A DNA stretch of 64,000 nt, taken from assembly GCF_015852565.1 (NCBI RefSeq), contig NC_136205.1, forward strand, positions 3,066,707-3,130,706, given 5' to 3'. Below, piece by piece: positions 1-11,900 of the stretch (positions are counted from its first letter, which is position 1; every line of letters starts with the position of its first letter). The notes under the pieces are model-generated. The model had not been told where the DNA came from. It saw only the letters and a program-made list of their open reading frames with translations, and ran no database searches. The stretch is from Branchiostoma floridae. Its lineage: Eukaryota. A program made the position numbers and the translations under genes.

Positions 1-57
1 ACCGTGAAAACCGCGAACATTAAACCACCGCGAACATTTCTGCATTTACAGTATTAC
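1..57. mobile_element. Same MITE family, copy 1 (partial, cut by the window start)
   Basis: accgcgaacattaaaccaccgcgaacatttctgcatttacag|ta. Confidence 0.55.
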
Positions 58-663
58 TCTGAACGGCTGTCACACCTAACCTCTGAACAATCTAGCTGTA
101 AGGTCAACAATCTAGCATGACGTCACGGCGACCCTCCTTCATGGTTGGTCGCTTTTGATTTAAATTTCCATCTAAAACAGTAATTTGATACTTTAAGGCT
201 AGGGTAAAGGTTCTTTGTTTTAAAACAGTAACAAAGCGTATTTCTATTGCCCTCTACACATCTAATGATGCCGTTATTTTCTCTTAAGTTTCTGCACGCG
301 CTAAATAATACTGCCATTTTGCACTGCTTCGACACTGCCTCTTTCTGGTGAAGACGCTTGAACTAAAGTTTGGCTTCATGATAACATTTTTGCCTAATAA
401 CAATAGTTTGCTAGTATTGAGAAGTTACCGTCCATGGTCAGAGTCTTTATCAGTTATTAAGTCATGTTCACTGTTCATTGTTTTTACTGAAAAGACAACT
501 GGCAACAATATGCTAAAATTGCAGTGTTAGGTTACATTTAGGTATATCTAGACCAAGTTAGCCATGTAAGGCAAACGATATTGCGGCAAGTTGAGCATTA
601 TCATTATGATGACGATGATGATGGAGATGACGATGATGATGTTGATGTAGGTGATGTTGATGC

Positions 664-1142
664 CTAGTTGATGGCAAAAGGATGTTGTATCGGCTCAAGG
701 TACTTTGGAGGACGGATAATCCTCGTTGCGGGTGCATCATTCGGATAAGTGAGATCAGTCAGATGAGTGCCGTCCATGTTCGGCGGCGGTCTTGGTCCTC
801 GAAGCGGATTCAACTCCTTAGGCGCCCTCAACTTCTTTTTCCTTTTCTTCTTTCCTTTCTTCTTCTGCTTCCCCTCCTTTCCTGGCTCTTTGGCTTCGCC
901 CAAGCCCCTCTCAAGATCGGGAAGACGGTCGACCCTCTTGAATCCTTGGCCCGGTTTTTCCTTCAGGTCCATGACTTGTACTGGAGTAGTTTTCTTCAGC
1001 TGGGCGTACTGCACGTACTTGTACACGGCGGCGAACAGGACTGACATGGCGGCGAATCCTCCCACCGCTGCCCCGGCCAGGTAGATGGCAGAAGACGTGC
1101 CGGTGTTTTCGTCGTTGTCTTCCCTGCCAGTGATGATGGTTT
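664..1142 (-). CDS. Terminal exon of the EGF-repeat receptor-like gene: extracellular stub, TM helix (IYLAGAAVGGFAAMSVLFAAVY) and a basic cytoplasmic tail up to the stop codon
   Basis: Minus-strand ORF with the acceptor ...tgtacag|AAACC at 1142. It has a hydrophobic 22-aa helix followed by a K/R-rich tail. The stop is at 664-666. Confidence 0.6.
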
Positions 1143-1609
1143 CTGTACAGTGATAAAGAAAGGGAGCATCAATCGGAAGTCTTACTAACTGATGTATCTT
1201 TCTTTTACAATGATGGCTGTAGAGCCCCTGGCTACGTTACCTGACTAGCACATAGTGTGTGTGTTTCTCTCTCTCTCTCTCTGGTTCTCCCCCTCTTTGT
1301 ATGTATATCTCTCTTTAAGTTAGTTCTTTTCTCTGCATGTGTCTTTCCCCCCTCTCTCTATCCCTCTGTTCTTTTATAACTGAAGTTAATCACCACTTCC
1401 GGACGCAATATTCTACTTTAGCGTATGTGTACACCGAAGGAACAGCTGTAATTTAAAGTTGCATTCCACCCGACGCCATATGAAAACTGCAAGTGCATCA
1501 TTATTATCAAATAATAAACAAAATTGATTGGTTAGAAGAATATTGTGTTTGAGTTTATAAAATTCATTACCACATTATTTGTGTATTATTAAAACATGTC
1601 TGTACGTAC

Positions 1610-1744
1610 TTTCACAATGCCTGCCGTAGTTGTTTTCGGGGCAGAAGCAGACGTAGGTCTCCGTGTTGCTGACGCATGTGCCACCGTTCTCACACGGGTT
1701 GGTCGAACAAAACTCCCGCATTGTCTCTTCGGTGTTTGAAGCGT
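1610..1744 (-). CDS. EGF-like domain exon (CSTNPCENGGTCVSNTETYVCFCPENNYGRHCE)
   Basis: It shows the 6-Cys EGF spacing. Minus-strand splice signals are present: ctatag|exon and exon|gtacgt. Confidence 0.65.
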
Positions 1745-2769
1745 CTATAGTAAGGAAAAGACTTATCATATAATAAGTGTCATCGACTAGATATACTGAT
1801 GATAGTCAAAGGGACTCATGGGCAACACATCCAGCATTAATCATGTTCTTCCAGTTGTCGTGACTAGATTGATGAAACTACAGAAAATAACAGTTTCTCC
1901 CATCCGTGAACAGTTTCATCAGGTTGGTACGTCACTGAATAAAGAGAATCTTTTTACACAACCAGTGCTTTATTCTCACCGACTGTATATACATATGTAA
2001 ATACTTTTCGTTTTGTGACCGCATCTGAACTGTGAGCAGCGACACCTGTCCTGCAGTACAATGTGAACCAGTCAGAATTGCCCTGAAGAAGGTGACAGAC
2101 GGTCACCGAAACGTCGGTGAGAATAAAGCACTGGTTGTGTAAAAAGAGTCTCTTTATTCAATAACAGTTTCTATTGCAGGAAAGGAGAGTTACAAAGATA
2201 TGTAACTGTTTCATGACACTTAAAAGTGTAATTGCTACCCTGGTGATCATGAAACGATTAGTTTCAGAGCAGTTCATATGTCAGCACCAAGGACAGTGGG
2301 TTTTATTTATGTCAATTTGCCTTTAGACGTCGGTGATAGTTCTAGAGTAACCAACTTTACTTCTGTAGTTTAATGGATTGATTTGTTGCTATAGATTGGC
2401 TATCGATGGCAAAATGGAGAAAATAAATTGTCAAAGAATCGAAATTGTAAATTATTTTGTGTATATTAAGCCCCTGTCACACAGAAGGAAAAAATCTATC
2501 GGTCTACGAATCTGCAAGCTCTACATTTACAGCAGTAACACGCTGTGTATTCTTTCCATCATTATGAAGATTTTTAAGAATCGGTCGATGCTCGTAGGTC
2601 AATGAGCGGAGTTGAATGTGTTTGTGAAGAATTTTCTGGTTAAAAATTCTGGCGTTTTTCAGAGCTTACAACCTTCGGGCGATCAACAAGTTCAGTCGAA
2701 GCTCTTCGTTTGTGTGACAGGGGCTAAAAAAGTAGTTGCCTCGCATTGACAAGAATAAAATGTACGTAC

Positions 2770-2940
2770 ACGATGGGAAGGTGGGAATCCTTAGTTCACA
2801 GTTCTCCCCGACAAACCCGCTGGTGCACCGACATGTGTAGGTCACCACGCCGACCTCACAGGTTCCGCCGTTCAGACATGGCAGTGACGCGCAGGGGTCG
2901 GTGGTGTTCGGAGACATCGCAGTAGTGTTAGCATCATCTG
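2770..2940 (-). CDS. EGF-like domain exon ([35 protein letters not shown])
   Basis: EGF Cys pattern in the minus-strand ORF 2666-3004. The low boundary is uncertain. Confidence 0.55.
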
Positions 2941-3590
2941 CTGGATGGATTGAAAAAATCAACATCAACGTACAATGTATATGTAACATGAAATTTACAC
3001 TCAAGTGTGGCTATGACAAAATCGTGTTCCGAAATACCAATGTAGTTAGCATCTTCTGTGAGATGGATTGAAAACCTTGTCAGCATCAACGTATATTTTA
3101 TATATGACGTTTGTACTCAAATATGGCTTTGACAAAATCGTATTCCGAGACACCACTGTAGATAAACATCATCTGTGGGATAGATGGAATATATCGTCAA
3201 CATAAACAACAACGTCAACGTACATATTTGTATAACATTTGCACTCAAATTTGGCTATGACAAAATCGTGTTCCGAGACACCACCGTAGAGTTAGCATCA
3301 TCTGTTGGTGAAGCAAAAACGTCGTTAACGCATGGCGTTTGCACTCACGTGATTATGACGTAGGAATTGTCCGCCATATTGGATGATTATACTTTTAAGC
3401 TGACGATATTTACTTTGCAAGTTATTACAGCTTCGCAATTTCAACGTCGTTACATATCAGACACCGGGAGCTATTTTCATTTATGTTATTATCATTATTT
3501 CGATGAAGCTATAAATGAATTAGAAATATACAGGATTTTGCACTATGTTGTTATTCAGGCAAGATCAGTAAACATTCCATGAATTCTTAC

Positions 3591-3708
3591 CTATTTCACA
3601 GTGTACGCCGTTGAAACCTTCCGGACAATCGCAGATGTACGTGCCATTTACCTCCAAACAGATACCACCGTTCAAACATGGATTAGGCGAACACTGTTCA
3701 GTCTCTGT
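3591..3708 (-). CDS. EGF-like domain exon ([33 protein letters not shown])
   Basis: EGF Cys pattern. The donor reverse complement cttac lies at 3586-3590. Confidence 0.6.
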
Positions 3709-3953
3709 GGAAAGTATAGCAAAAAAACGTTTTGATTGGATTTCATTAAACAATAAACAAAGCGAGTTAGCAATAACTATAATTGAATAAAAAGATTACC
3801 AAACGACAAATCCTAAATTAATGCCATGGTAAAGTGTAATCTTCAGACAAGATTAGCTCGGTGTCTGTGTAAGCTAAAAGGTACAAACTAAGACACTTCT
3901 TTCATTTCTCACATGGTTTTTACGGTGTGGAAATTAAATGTGACTTTCCTTAC

Positions 3954-4064
3954 CTTCGCAATTGCCCCCACGGTATCCCACTGGGCATGCGCAGTTATAA
4001 CCATTCAACAGGTCCTCACAAGAGCCGCCATTTTGACAAGGGTTCGAAACACATTCGTCTATTT
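3954..4064 (-). CDS. Calcium-binding EGF exon ([37 protein letters not shown])
   Basis: D-x-D-E-C cbEGF motif. The exon is 111 nt and flanked by cttac|...|ctg. Confidence 0.7.
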
Positions 4065-4163
4065 CTGCAAAACGGAAATAACAAATTAGAATATTCAGCA
4101 AAAATGGCAGAAATACTAAATTATGACCGAATCTAGGTCTGACAAAAATAACATTCTCCTCAC

Positions 4164-4277
4164 CTTCTTCACATGCATCTCCTCTGAATCCTTCTGGGCA
4201 TGCGCAGGTGAATAAGTTGACGTCATCATAACATGTGCCCCCATTCTGACACGGACTGGACTGGCACTCATCAACGT
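4164..4277 (-). CDS. Calcium-binding EGF exon ([37 protein letters not shown])
   Basis: 114-nt phase-1 exon with the cbEGF motif. Confidence 0.75.
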
Positions 4278-4404
4278 CTGTAAAGGTCAAAGTTCAACAC
4301 AAATAGTTATCACGCACTATATGTATTGTTGGTCACAGAACGGGTTAGTAGTACATAACTTTAGGTTAGAAAATGACATTTTTTTAGCTTTATTACTGTA
4401 CTAC

Positions 4405-4518
4405 CATTTTCGCAGTTGACTCCGTCAAAACCGACTGGACAGATACAGGTGTATGTCGCGACTAGGTCGTCACACGTGCCGCCATTTTGACAAGGACTGG
4501 ACTCACACTCGTTGATGT
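4405..4518 (-). CDS. Calcium-binding EGF exon ([37 protein letters not shown])
   Basis: 114-nt exon with the cbEGF motif. Confidence 0.75.
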
Positions 4519-4687
4519 CTGAAAACAAAACGGAATGGACCAGTATTACATTGAGCACATTTTAGGTACAACTTGTGTTACGAAAAAAAAAAACGATAAC
4601 AAAGATTATAACCAGAACGATTTAATTTCTTTCTGCGTAGATATTAAATGACTAAAACAACTATTAAAGGAAGACAATCTAACGCAC

Positions 4688-4801
4688 CTGTTTCACAGTT
4701 GACCCCCGCGTATCCAGGTGCGCAGGTACAGGTGTAGCTGTTCACCTGGTCCTGGCACGTGCCGCCATTTTGACATGGATTCGACTCACACTCGTTCCCT
4801 T
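4688..4801 (-). CDS. Calcium-binding EGF exon ([35 protein letters not shown])
   Basis: 114-nt exon with the EGF Cys pattern. It has no ORF of 60 aa or more in the provided track but has the same architecture as its neighbours. Confidence 0.7.
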
Positions 4802-4923
4802 CTGCAACAATGGAAATCAGAAAAACGATGACATAATTCTTAAATGATTTCCTTTACAAAAGATTCATCATACTTCAATAAAAATCATCATGAATTTCAG
4901 AGATGATAGAAGAGATATGGTAC

Positions 4924-5037
4924 CATCTTCGCATGTTTCTCCACTGTAACCATCTAGGCATGCGCAGGTGAATGAGTTGACGTCATCATAACATGTGCCC
5001 CCATTCTGACACGGACTGGACTGGCACTCATCAATGT
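4924..5037 (-). CDS. Calcium-binding EGF exon ([37 protein letters not shown])
   Basis: 114-nt exon. It is nearly identical to exon 4164-4277. Confidence 0.75.
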
Positions 5038-5165
5038 CTGGGTAGGTCAAAGTTCATCACAAAAAGTTATTTCGAAGCATGAAATCAACACTCAGTTTCA
5101 ATTGGAAAGTGGTAAGTAACAATAATTTACGAGTTCTATGAGTAATACTTTGAAATACATCTTAC

Positions 5166-5279
5166 TTTCTTCACATCTGTCGCCGGTAAATCCGTCTACG
5201 CATGCGCAAGTGAAAGAGTTGACTCCGTCAGAGCAGCTTCCACCGTTTTGACACGGGCTGGACTTGCACTCATCAATGT
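5166..5279 (-). CDS. Calcium-binding EGF exon ([37 protein letters not shown])
   Basis: 114-nt exon. It belongs to a near-identical tandem exon-intron unit of about 235 bp. Confidence 0.75.
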
Positions 5280-5400
5280 CTGCAAAAACGTTTAACGTTG
5301 ATTATTTGAAGTAGCTAAACACAACACGATTGTTCGTGAAGTAACAAGTGAAGAAACTCCTTCCGTTGTACTTGAGTATGTGCACAAAAGAACGTCTTAC

Positions 5401-5514
5401 TTTCTTCACAGCTGTCGCCGGTAAATCCGTCTACACATGCGCAAGTGAAAAAGTTGACACCATCTGAGCAGCTTCCGCCATTTTGACAAGGGCTGGATTC
5501 ACACTCATCGATGT
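5401..5514 (-). CDS. Calcium-binding EGF exon ([27 protein letters not shown]...CE)
   Basis: 114-nt exon in a tandem unit. Confidence 0.75.
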
Positions 5515-5633
5515 CTGAAAAAGATAGCGTTTATTATTTGAATCAACCAATCAAAGAGCTCAATATTTAGGAAAAGGTAAATGTCATTAAGTTCTTAAAT
5601 TGATTTTAATTTACAAATTGAAATAAGTCTTAC

Positions 5634-5747
5634 TTTCTTCACATCTTTCGCCGGTAAAGCCATCTGCACATGTGCAGGTATATGAGTTTGCACCGTCCGT
5701 ACAGATGCCGCCATTTTGACACGGGTTGGACTCACATTCGTCAATGT
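5634..5747 (-). CDS. Calcium-binding EGF exon ([37 protein letters not shown])
   Basis: 114-nt exon in a tandem unit. Confidence 0.75.
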
Positions 5748-5880
5748 CTGTAAAACGTTAACGTTCATTATTTGAATCAGCCAATCACAACACGATTGTT
5801 CGTGGAATAGCAAATAAAAGAAACTCCAATAATTGAGCTGTACTTATTTTGGACTTGTGTATGTGCGACAAAAATCTTAC

Positions 5881-5994
5881 TTTCTTCACATCTGTCGCCG
5901 GTAAACCCATCCACGCATGCGCAAGTGAAAGAGTTGATGCCGTCAGAGCACCTACCGCCATTTTGACATGGGCTAGACTCGCACTCGTCGATAT
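5881..5994 (-). CDS. Calcium-binding EGF exon ([37 protein letters not shown])
   Basis: 114-nt exon in a tandem unit. Confidence 0.75.
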
Positions 5995-6102
5995 CTGAAA
6001 AGATAACGTTCATTTTTTAAACTAACCAATCAGAGAACTCAATATTCAGGAAAAAGCAAGTATCATAAACCTAATAAATTCATTTATGTATCGAAGTCTT
6101 AC

Positions 6103-6216
6103 TTTCTTCACATCTGTCACCGGTAAAGCCATCTGCGCATGTGCAGGTATATTTGTTGGCTCCATCCGTGCAGCTTCCGCCATTTTGACACGGGCTGGAC
6201 TCACACTCGTCAATGT
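6103..6216 (-). CDS. Calcium-binding EGF exon ([37 protein letters not shown])
   Basis: 114-nt exon in a tandem unit. Confidence 0.75.
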
Positions 6217-6454
6217 CTGAATAAAAAGATAACGTTCAATATTTGAATCAACCAATCAAAACAGGTAATACGTCGACCACAGTTATACATCCAGGTAATA
6301 GGATACACCGAATAGCGGTTACTCAAATTCAAATGCAAACAACTGGAAAATCATGTCCAGTTGTTTCAGTAACTGCTATTTGGCACCAAACGTGTATAGT
6401 TAGGGGATGGCAAGAATCATGAACTTGGTAAATTGTACTTCAACAATATCTTAC

Positions 6455-6568
6455 TTTCTTCGCAGAAGTCGCCCACAAACCCATCTGCGCATGTGCAGGT
6501 GTAAGAGTTTACTCCATCCGTACAGGTACCGCCATTTCGACACGGGCTGGACTCGCATTCGTCAACGT
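6455..6568 (-). CDS. Calcium-binding EGF exon ([37 protein letters not shown])
   Basis: 114-nt exon. Confidence 0.7.
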
Positions 6569-6825
6569 CTGAGTAAACATAGTAGAAAAATTGGTCAACG
6601 TTTGAACAATCACTTGGAAATATGTTTGGACACCATTAGGCTAAGTGTAAATTAGTTGTCATTGGTAAAACTGCACATTATAAAAGTGCTTATAATTTTA
6701 GAAAGATTTGTATTCGCCAAGGTCTAAGTAAATATAGCACATTTGACAACGTTTGGACAAACATTGAGAATGAACAAGTTTATAACATACTAAGTATGTT
6801 TGGACACCGTTAGAATTAGCTTAAA

Positions 6826-7036
6826 TACTGTAAATGCAGAAATGTTCGCGGTGGATTAATATTCGCGGTTTTCGCGGTGCCCACTCCAACGCGAAATTAA
6901 AACTACCGCGAACAGTTTCCTATTATGGTATTAGACTGCAGTCTCTCGTGTTACCGCGAAATTAAAACGACCGCGAAAAGTCCTTTTTCCCCGCTACTGC
7001 GAAATTAAATCCCCGCGAACTTAAATGCATTTACAG
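6826..7036. mobile_element. Tc1/mariner-type MITE (~210 bp, TIR CTGTAAATGCAGAAATGTTCGCGG, TA flanks), copy 2
   Basis: ctgtaaatgcagaaatgttcgcgg…ccgcgaacttaaatgcatttacag, with related copies at 1-57 and 41613-41815. Confidence 0.7.
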
Positions 7037-7116
7037 TATGTTGTCATTGGTCTCACCATGCAATAAAATGCGAATAAACGTAGAGAGAAATTTTGATAAA
7101 CGTTAAAGATTTTTAC

Positions 7117-7230
7117 CTTCCTCACACCTGTCGCCAATGAAACCGTCTGGGCATGCGCAGGTGTAAGAGTTGACGGCATCGCTACATATGCCTCTATTTT
7201 CACACGGATCGGATTCGCACTCGTCAATTT
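7117..7230 (-). CDS. Calcium-binding EGF exon ([37 protein letters not shown])
   Basis: 114-nt exon. Confidence 0.7.
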
Positions 7231-7551
7231 CTGGAACGAGAGGAATTAAAAGCTACTTCATAATTTCGCAATAACATGTGAAAACAAGTAAGTAAAACTA
7301 ATTGTCAAAGTGTCAAATACGTACCTAATATTTTACCTCACTGATTGAGAAACCTTTTATTTGGGTCACTTTTAGTCAAGGTCACCGTACAAGTTGATAG
7401 GTCATCTATGTTGAACAGGGTGGAAGACAAAGATTTGATATATACTATCATAATGATACTGGCAATCTCTTGTTGTGACGAAAACATGCATCTTTACGCT
7501 TGGTAATTTTTGTTCTTAATTTTGTATCAAATGAAGAATTCTGCACAGTAC

Positions 7552-7665
7552 CTTGTTCACAGTTGTCTCCTCTATACCCGTCAGCACAGTCACAGACGTA
7601 TGAGTTGACTCCGTCTATACAGGCACCGCCATTCTGGCACGGACTCGACTCGCATTCGTCAACAT
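7552..7665 (-). CDS. Calcium-binding EGF exon ([37 protein letters not shown])
   Basis: 114-nt exon. The donor is gtactg on the minus strand. Confidence 0.7.
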
Positions 7666-8055
7666 CTGTTTGTAACAATAAAAGTTTTGTTAAACAAAAT
7701 CAAATTTAAAGAATGGTGTTGCTTTCGCGTTACTCAACAGCTTGGGCACCATTGACATTTTGTTTTAGTATATTTCATTTTTTCTAGATTCATGTGTATA
7801 AAGACTGACCAGGGCTTTAGAGCCTTTCTCTTTCCCACACCCGATTGCTGTTTATTACATCTTCATCTATATACTGGTAAAGACCAAAATGCCCAGTAGT
7901 ACTAAACAGTTGAACCGCCTAGAAACACATAAAGGCAAAATTCCCGTCGCTAACTATGGAAGCAGCAGTACCCTTAAGCTTAATACATGTATCATCTTTT
8001 AGAAATAATTTCTTTCTTGAATATTAGATTATCGAAGACAAAGCACATCACTTAC

Positions 8056-8181
8056 CTGTCTCACAAACTTGCCCTATGAAGCCTGCCGGACATGCGCAGA
8101 CAAAACAAGTATCTTCATCGGCCGAGTAGGTGCAGGTCCCACCATTTTCGCAAGGGGTAGGGTCACAATAGTCCCGTTTCT
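8056..8181 (-). CDS. EGF-like exon (RDYCDPTPCENGGTCTYSADEDTCFVCACPAGFIGQVCE)
   Basis: 126-nt exon with the EGF Cys pattern. Confidence 0.6.
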
Positions 8182-8614
8182 CTGTCGAGATCAAAGTAGA
8201 GATAAAAGAAGCCTTTAAAATCTAGTATGTATCATCTGTGGCTGATTATATTCATAAAAGGCAATGTTTTGATAAAAGAAAGTATGGCATGAAAAAGGCA
8301 TCTCGTTATAATATGGCGTCAGTCTGACTTTCTTGCTCATGTACTGTCTACTGTGTTTGATACGTCAATGAAAGTTAGACATCCAGGTAATAAGATAGAC
8401 CAAAAAAGCGGTTACTCAAGCAACTGGAAATGATTTTGGAAACGGTCAGACGTTTCAGACAGCATCGCTATCTTTCGACATTGACGCTGAGGAAAGCTGT
8501 TTGAAGAGAAGGTCTTATATCCTACCTATGACTTGAGTTAAACTTAGTCTCAGTTAGTGCGTTGGATCATTACAGATTACCGTCTGCACCCCTGTCAATC
8601 ATCTGATGACGTAC

Positions 8615-8753
8615 CTTCTTGGCAGGTCTGCCCCTCCCAGCCACACGCGCAAGTGCTGTCGGGACATTCTCCGGTGAAGCGGTTGCAGACGGCGTCATCA
8701 CGACAGTGGCAGGTAGAGGTGCATCCGGCACCAAACGTTCCCGCGCTGCACGC
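8615..8753 (-). CDS. Laminin-type EGF-like exon (CSAGTFGAGCTSTCHCRDDAVCNRFTGECPDSTCACGWEGQTC)
   Basis: It shows the 8-Cys laminin-EGF-like spacing in the minus-strand ORF 8595-8834. Confidence 0.5.
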
Positions 8754-9465
8754 TACAGAATCACATAAGTCAACAATTTTACACTGAAACCTGAAGATCT
8801 GCTGAAGTACTAAACACAGCCGATAGGGGTCCATAATCGAAACGTCTAGATGTACCTAAACTAACATTACTTATCAAATGTATTAAAAGATGCATTCATA
8901 ACTTCTCGAGTAAGTGCTCAAAAACGAACCATTCTTGGTAAGGTACGTAAAGTGCTCTGTATACATGGAAACATGTTTTGGCATTCTTCACTTTCTTTCC
9001 CTGTGGTAAATATCACACATTGTACAGTTCTTTTTGAAGGTTAGGTCAATTTTGACTTTTTGAACAAGTGATAAAATATTGGCTCCCCCAGTGCTGCTGT
9101 TCAACTCACTATGTAAGGTGCAGTTGTCTACTGAAAACTACACAGAACGTTTAAAAAAGGAAATTGAATTGAACAGCAGGGACTACAAACCCAGACGGGG
9201 GACGATACAGACTACCTGGCATAATTGACCCGTCGTTGACGTCACGCTAACGTTCAGGCCACGTGACATCAAGCTATTTTAAATTGCGAGGACTGATCGA
9301 AAGCTTGTGCTTTACTTTGTGTGCAAAATATATAAATAAAATTAAATATAGAATATTAAGTGTTTACAATGATTTGAAATATTCTATTGACAAAGGAAAA
9401 CTGGTCATTACGCATGTAAACAATTACCAGGCTATCATATAGACAAGAAAGGCAGTGTCCCGTAC

Positions 9466-9618
9466 CTGTGTCACATCTCAGACCCCGGAAGCCGGTGTTA
9501 CAGGAGCAGCCGTACGGGTCGGGGACACAGAACTGGAGTTCTGCGCATGCGTCAGGGCTGTCAACGCCATTGTCGCATTTGTGGGAACACGCCAGTCCGA
9601 ACCGGTTACTTCCGCAGG
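9466..9618 (-). CDS. EGF/laminin-EGF-like exon (SACGSNRFGLACSHKCDNG...CSCNTGFRGLRCDTG)
   Basis: Cys-rich ORF 9356-9643. Minus-strand splice sites are cctcag|exon and exon|gtacgg. Confidence 0.5.
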
Positions 9619-10003
9619 CTGAGGAGGGGGTGGGGTGAGTCATTCGTTTGTTTGTTTGTTTGTTTGTTTATTTGGTTTATTCACACACAATGTCGGAATA
9701 CTTCACAGTTGAGTGGTCTAAAAAGAAACTACTGATATGTAAAGCATCAGTAACAGCAGGCCCTAACCTGGAACCCACAGGGCAAACAAAAGAGTGGAAG
9801 GCATAAGAACAGCTGGAGAAGGGACACCGAGGAAGAGATGAGGAGCATCAGTAACAGCTGGCACGACCTGAGAAGGAAGGCACAGAGACGTGTACAGTGG
9901 AGGGCAATCATCGGTGGCCTATACTCCAACTGGGGCAAAGGGCCCAAGTAAGTAAAATATGTAAAAAAACAAACAAAATAAAAAATCGAACTTCGTGTCT
10001 TAC

Positions 10004-10135
10004 GTATTTCGCAGCGGTCTCCCCGAAAGCCCGGTGGACAGATGCACTCCCCCGTGTCGGAGTGGCACATCCCACCGTGGAGGCAGTTCGGACACCCCCG
10101 GCTACATCCGGGACCCCACCGGTTTTCTTGACATC
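10004..10135 (-). CDS. EGF-like exon (GCQENRWGPGCSRGCPNCLHGGMCHSDTGECICPPGFRGDRCE)
   Basis: Cys-rich ORF 9747-10163. The exon is 132 nt. Confidence 0.55.
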
Positions 10136-10618
10136 CTAAAGAAAAAATGACAGGTGTTAACACTCACGTGACTGTGTCTTAGGTACTGCCCGCCATGTTG
10201 GATGGTTAAAGCTGGAAGTTGCTAGGTAACTTTGAATTATCATATGCAGACGTCAGGTAATTATTACATCATATCATACAAATGCACATTTACAGGTATC
10301 CAGAAGGGAATCAACCAACATGGCAGACAGTAACATACCAAAACTATTTTTTTCAGAATGCTCTGGGGACAAGAACTGACATTCTAAGTGAATGTATGAT
10401 AAACGTTGTTTTTGAAGTCTCCATTGATCAATCGACCCATCAATCAATCAGTCAATAAATTAATCAATCAATTTACTTAAAGTTTTCTACTAACTTCTTG
10501 ATAAATTGTAGTTTACTAACAAGTCAGATTCAAGGATGTATTCGTGTGCTTTACAGAATATTGTGAAAAGGCAGTTAAAGACAATGGTCAGTGCAGCAAA
10601 CTGATAAGTTTAGTGTAC

Positions 10619-10745
10619 CTCTGACAATGACTCTAATCATAGCGCCATTTTCCGGTTCTCCGTCGTAATAGCATCTGTACACCCCCGCGTGTTGAGTGGG
10701 ATCGGCCCCACTGATGACGTAAATGCTGCTGCTTGTCGATTTTTC
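10619..10745 (-). CDS. Ig-like domain exon, C-terminal half (ADPTQHAGVYRCYYDGEPENGAMIRVIVR)
   Basis: It has an Ig-fold signature (G-x-Y-x-C) and the donor AG|gtacac. Confidence 0.45.
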
Positions 10746-11171
10746 CTGTGAAATATTTCACTTTGGTAAAAACCATAGCAATAAACGCAACGATGTTGTA
10801 TATGATATAAAAACTAAACTTGTAAGTGAAACATTGATATGATAACTGCGATGTTATATGGATAGGATTATATTTTGAAGAACGCACAAGATTTTTGCCT
10901 ACAAAGCCTTTTGCAAAAAGGCAAGCAAAGAGACGGAAGAATCGAGAGTATTTAAGTAATGATGACAGTTGACTCTTATGGGGTTATGGGTTTTTGATAG
11001 TACATAATTTCCATGTAATTCTTTACATTATGCGCTACGCAATACCAACATTATTGTCTACAATGCATAAAGCAACCGAGCAAACAAACAAACAAATGAA
11101 CGGAAACAAACAACCAAGAGAATTATAATAATAATGACTGTTTATTAATCAAACATTGAATCGCATCTCAC

Positions 11172-11277
11172 CACCCCATTCTGTTTCCACCGGATCCGTC
11201 TGAACTGTGTCTGCTGCGCCGTCATGCGGATTGTCAAGGTATCGCCGCGGTTCACGGTCAAGGAGAAGGTTGGGGGA
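11172..11277 (-). CDS. Ig-like domain exon, N-terminal half (SFTPPTFSLTVNRGDTLTIRMTAQQTQFRRIRWKQNGV)
   Basis: It shows an Ig beta-strand pattern including W-x-x-N-G, with the donor GTG|gtgaga. Confidence 0.45.
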
Positions 11278-11344
11278 GTGAAGGAGGCTGCCGGGTGAAA
11301 AATAAGTAAATAAGAAACCTTGTAAATCTATATCTACAGAACTG

Positions 11345-11900
11345 CAATGACGTAAATCTCCAACTCATGGGATCGCGTGGCACGATCGGGAGCGCGTTGG
11401 TCTCAGGCCCGAGAGGTCCGGGGTTCAAATCCGCTTGCCGTGTCACCGATCTTGTGCCCTTGGGAAAGGCACTTTACATGACTTTCCTCACCTAACTCAG
11501 GTGTAAATGAGTACATCGCTGCGGCTAGTGGCAGTGACAGGCCTTTGTGGTGGTGACAGGCCATAGGGGCATGTTCGGGCATGACGCACCCGCCATGACA
11601 CATGAGTCAGGGGTAGGAGGAACCCCTTGCATCCTTGGTCGGAAGTCCTCCTAGGAGACGGAAACTCCTAACAACAAACCTGCATCTGCTGGGGCCGTCT
11701 TACACGTTGCATACAGTTGACGAGAGTTCCTTCACCTTAAAAACCCAAGTGCAGGCCAGGCCGACGGGTCGCCTTAAACCCGTCCGCCTACCATTGTCTT
11801 CCGAGACAGACGGATGCCAACACAACAAACCTCCAACTAGTGCGTCAATCCAATTCCAAACCCTCACAGACAGTACCCTCCGTCCCTGTGGCGTCGCCAA
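11345..11900 (+). mobile_element. tRNA-derived SINE with a tRNA-like head (GGTTCAAATCC T-loop), copy 1, in an intron of the EGF gene
   Basis: The tRNA-like segment is at 11368-11450. The body (gggcatgttcgggcatgacgcac…gcatacagttg…) recurs at 23235-23530. Confidence 0.65.

Noticed and set aside
11368-11450. Possible tRNA gene (GGTTCAAATCC T-loop)
   Set aside because: No complete acceptor stem or anticodon-arm cloverleaf could be drawn. The segment is contiguous with a repeat body that recurs at 23235, so it is called a SINE head, not a tRNA gene.
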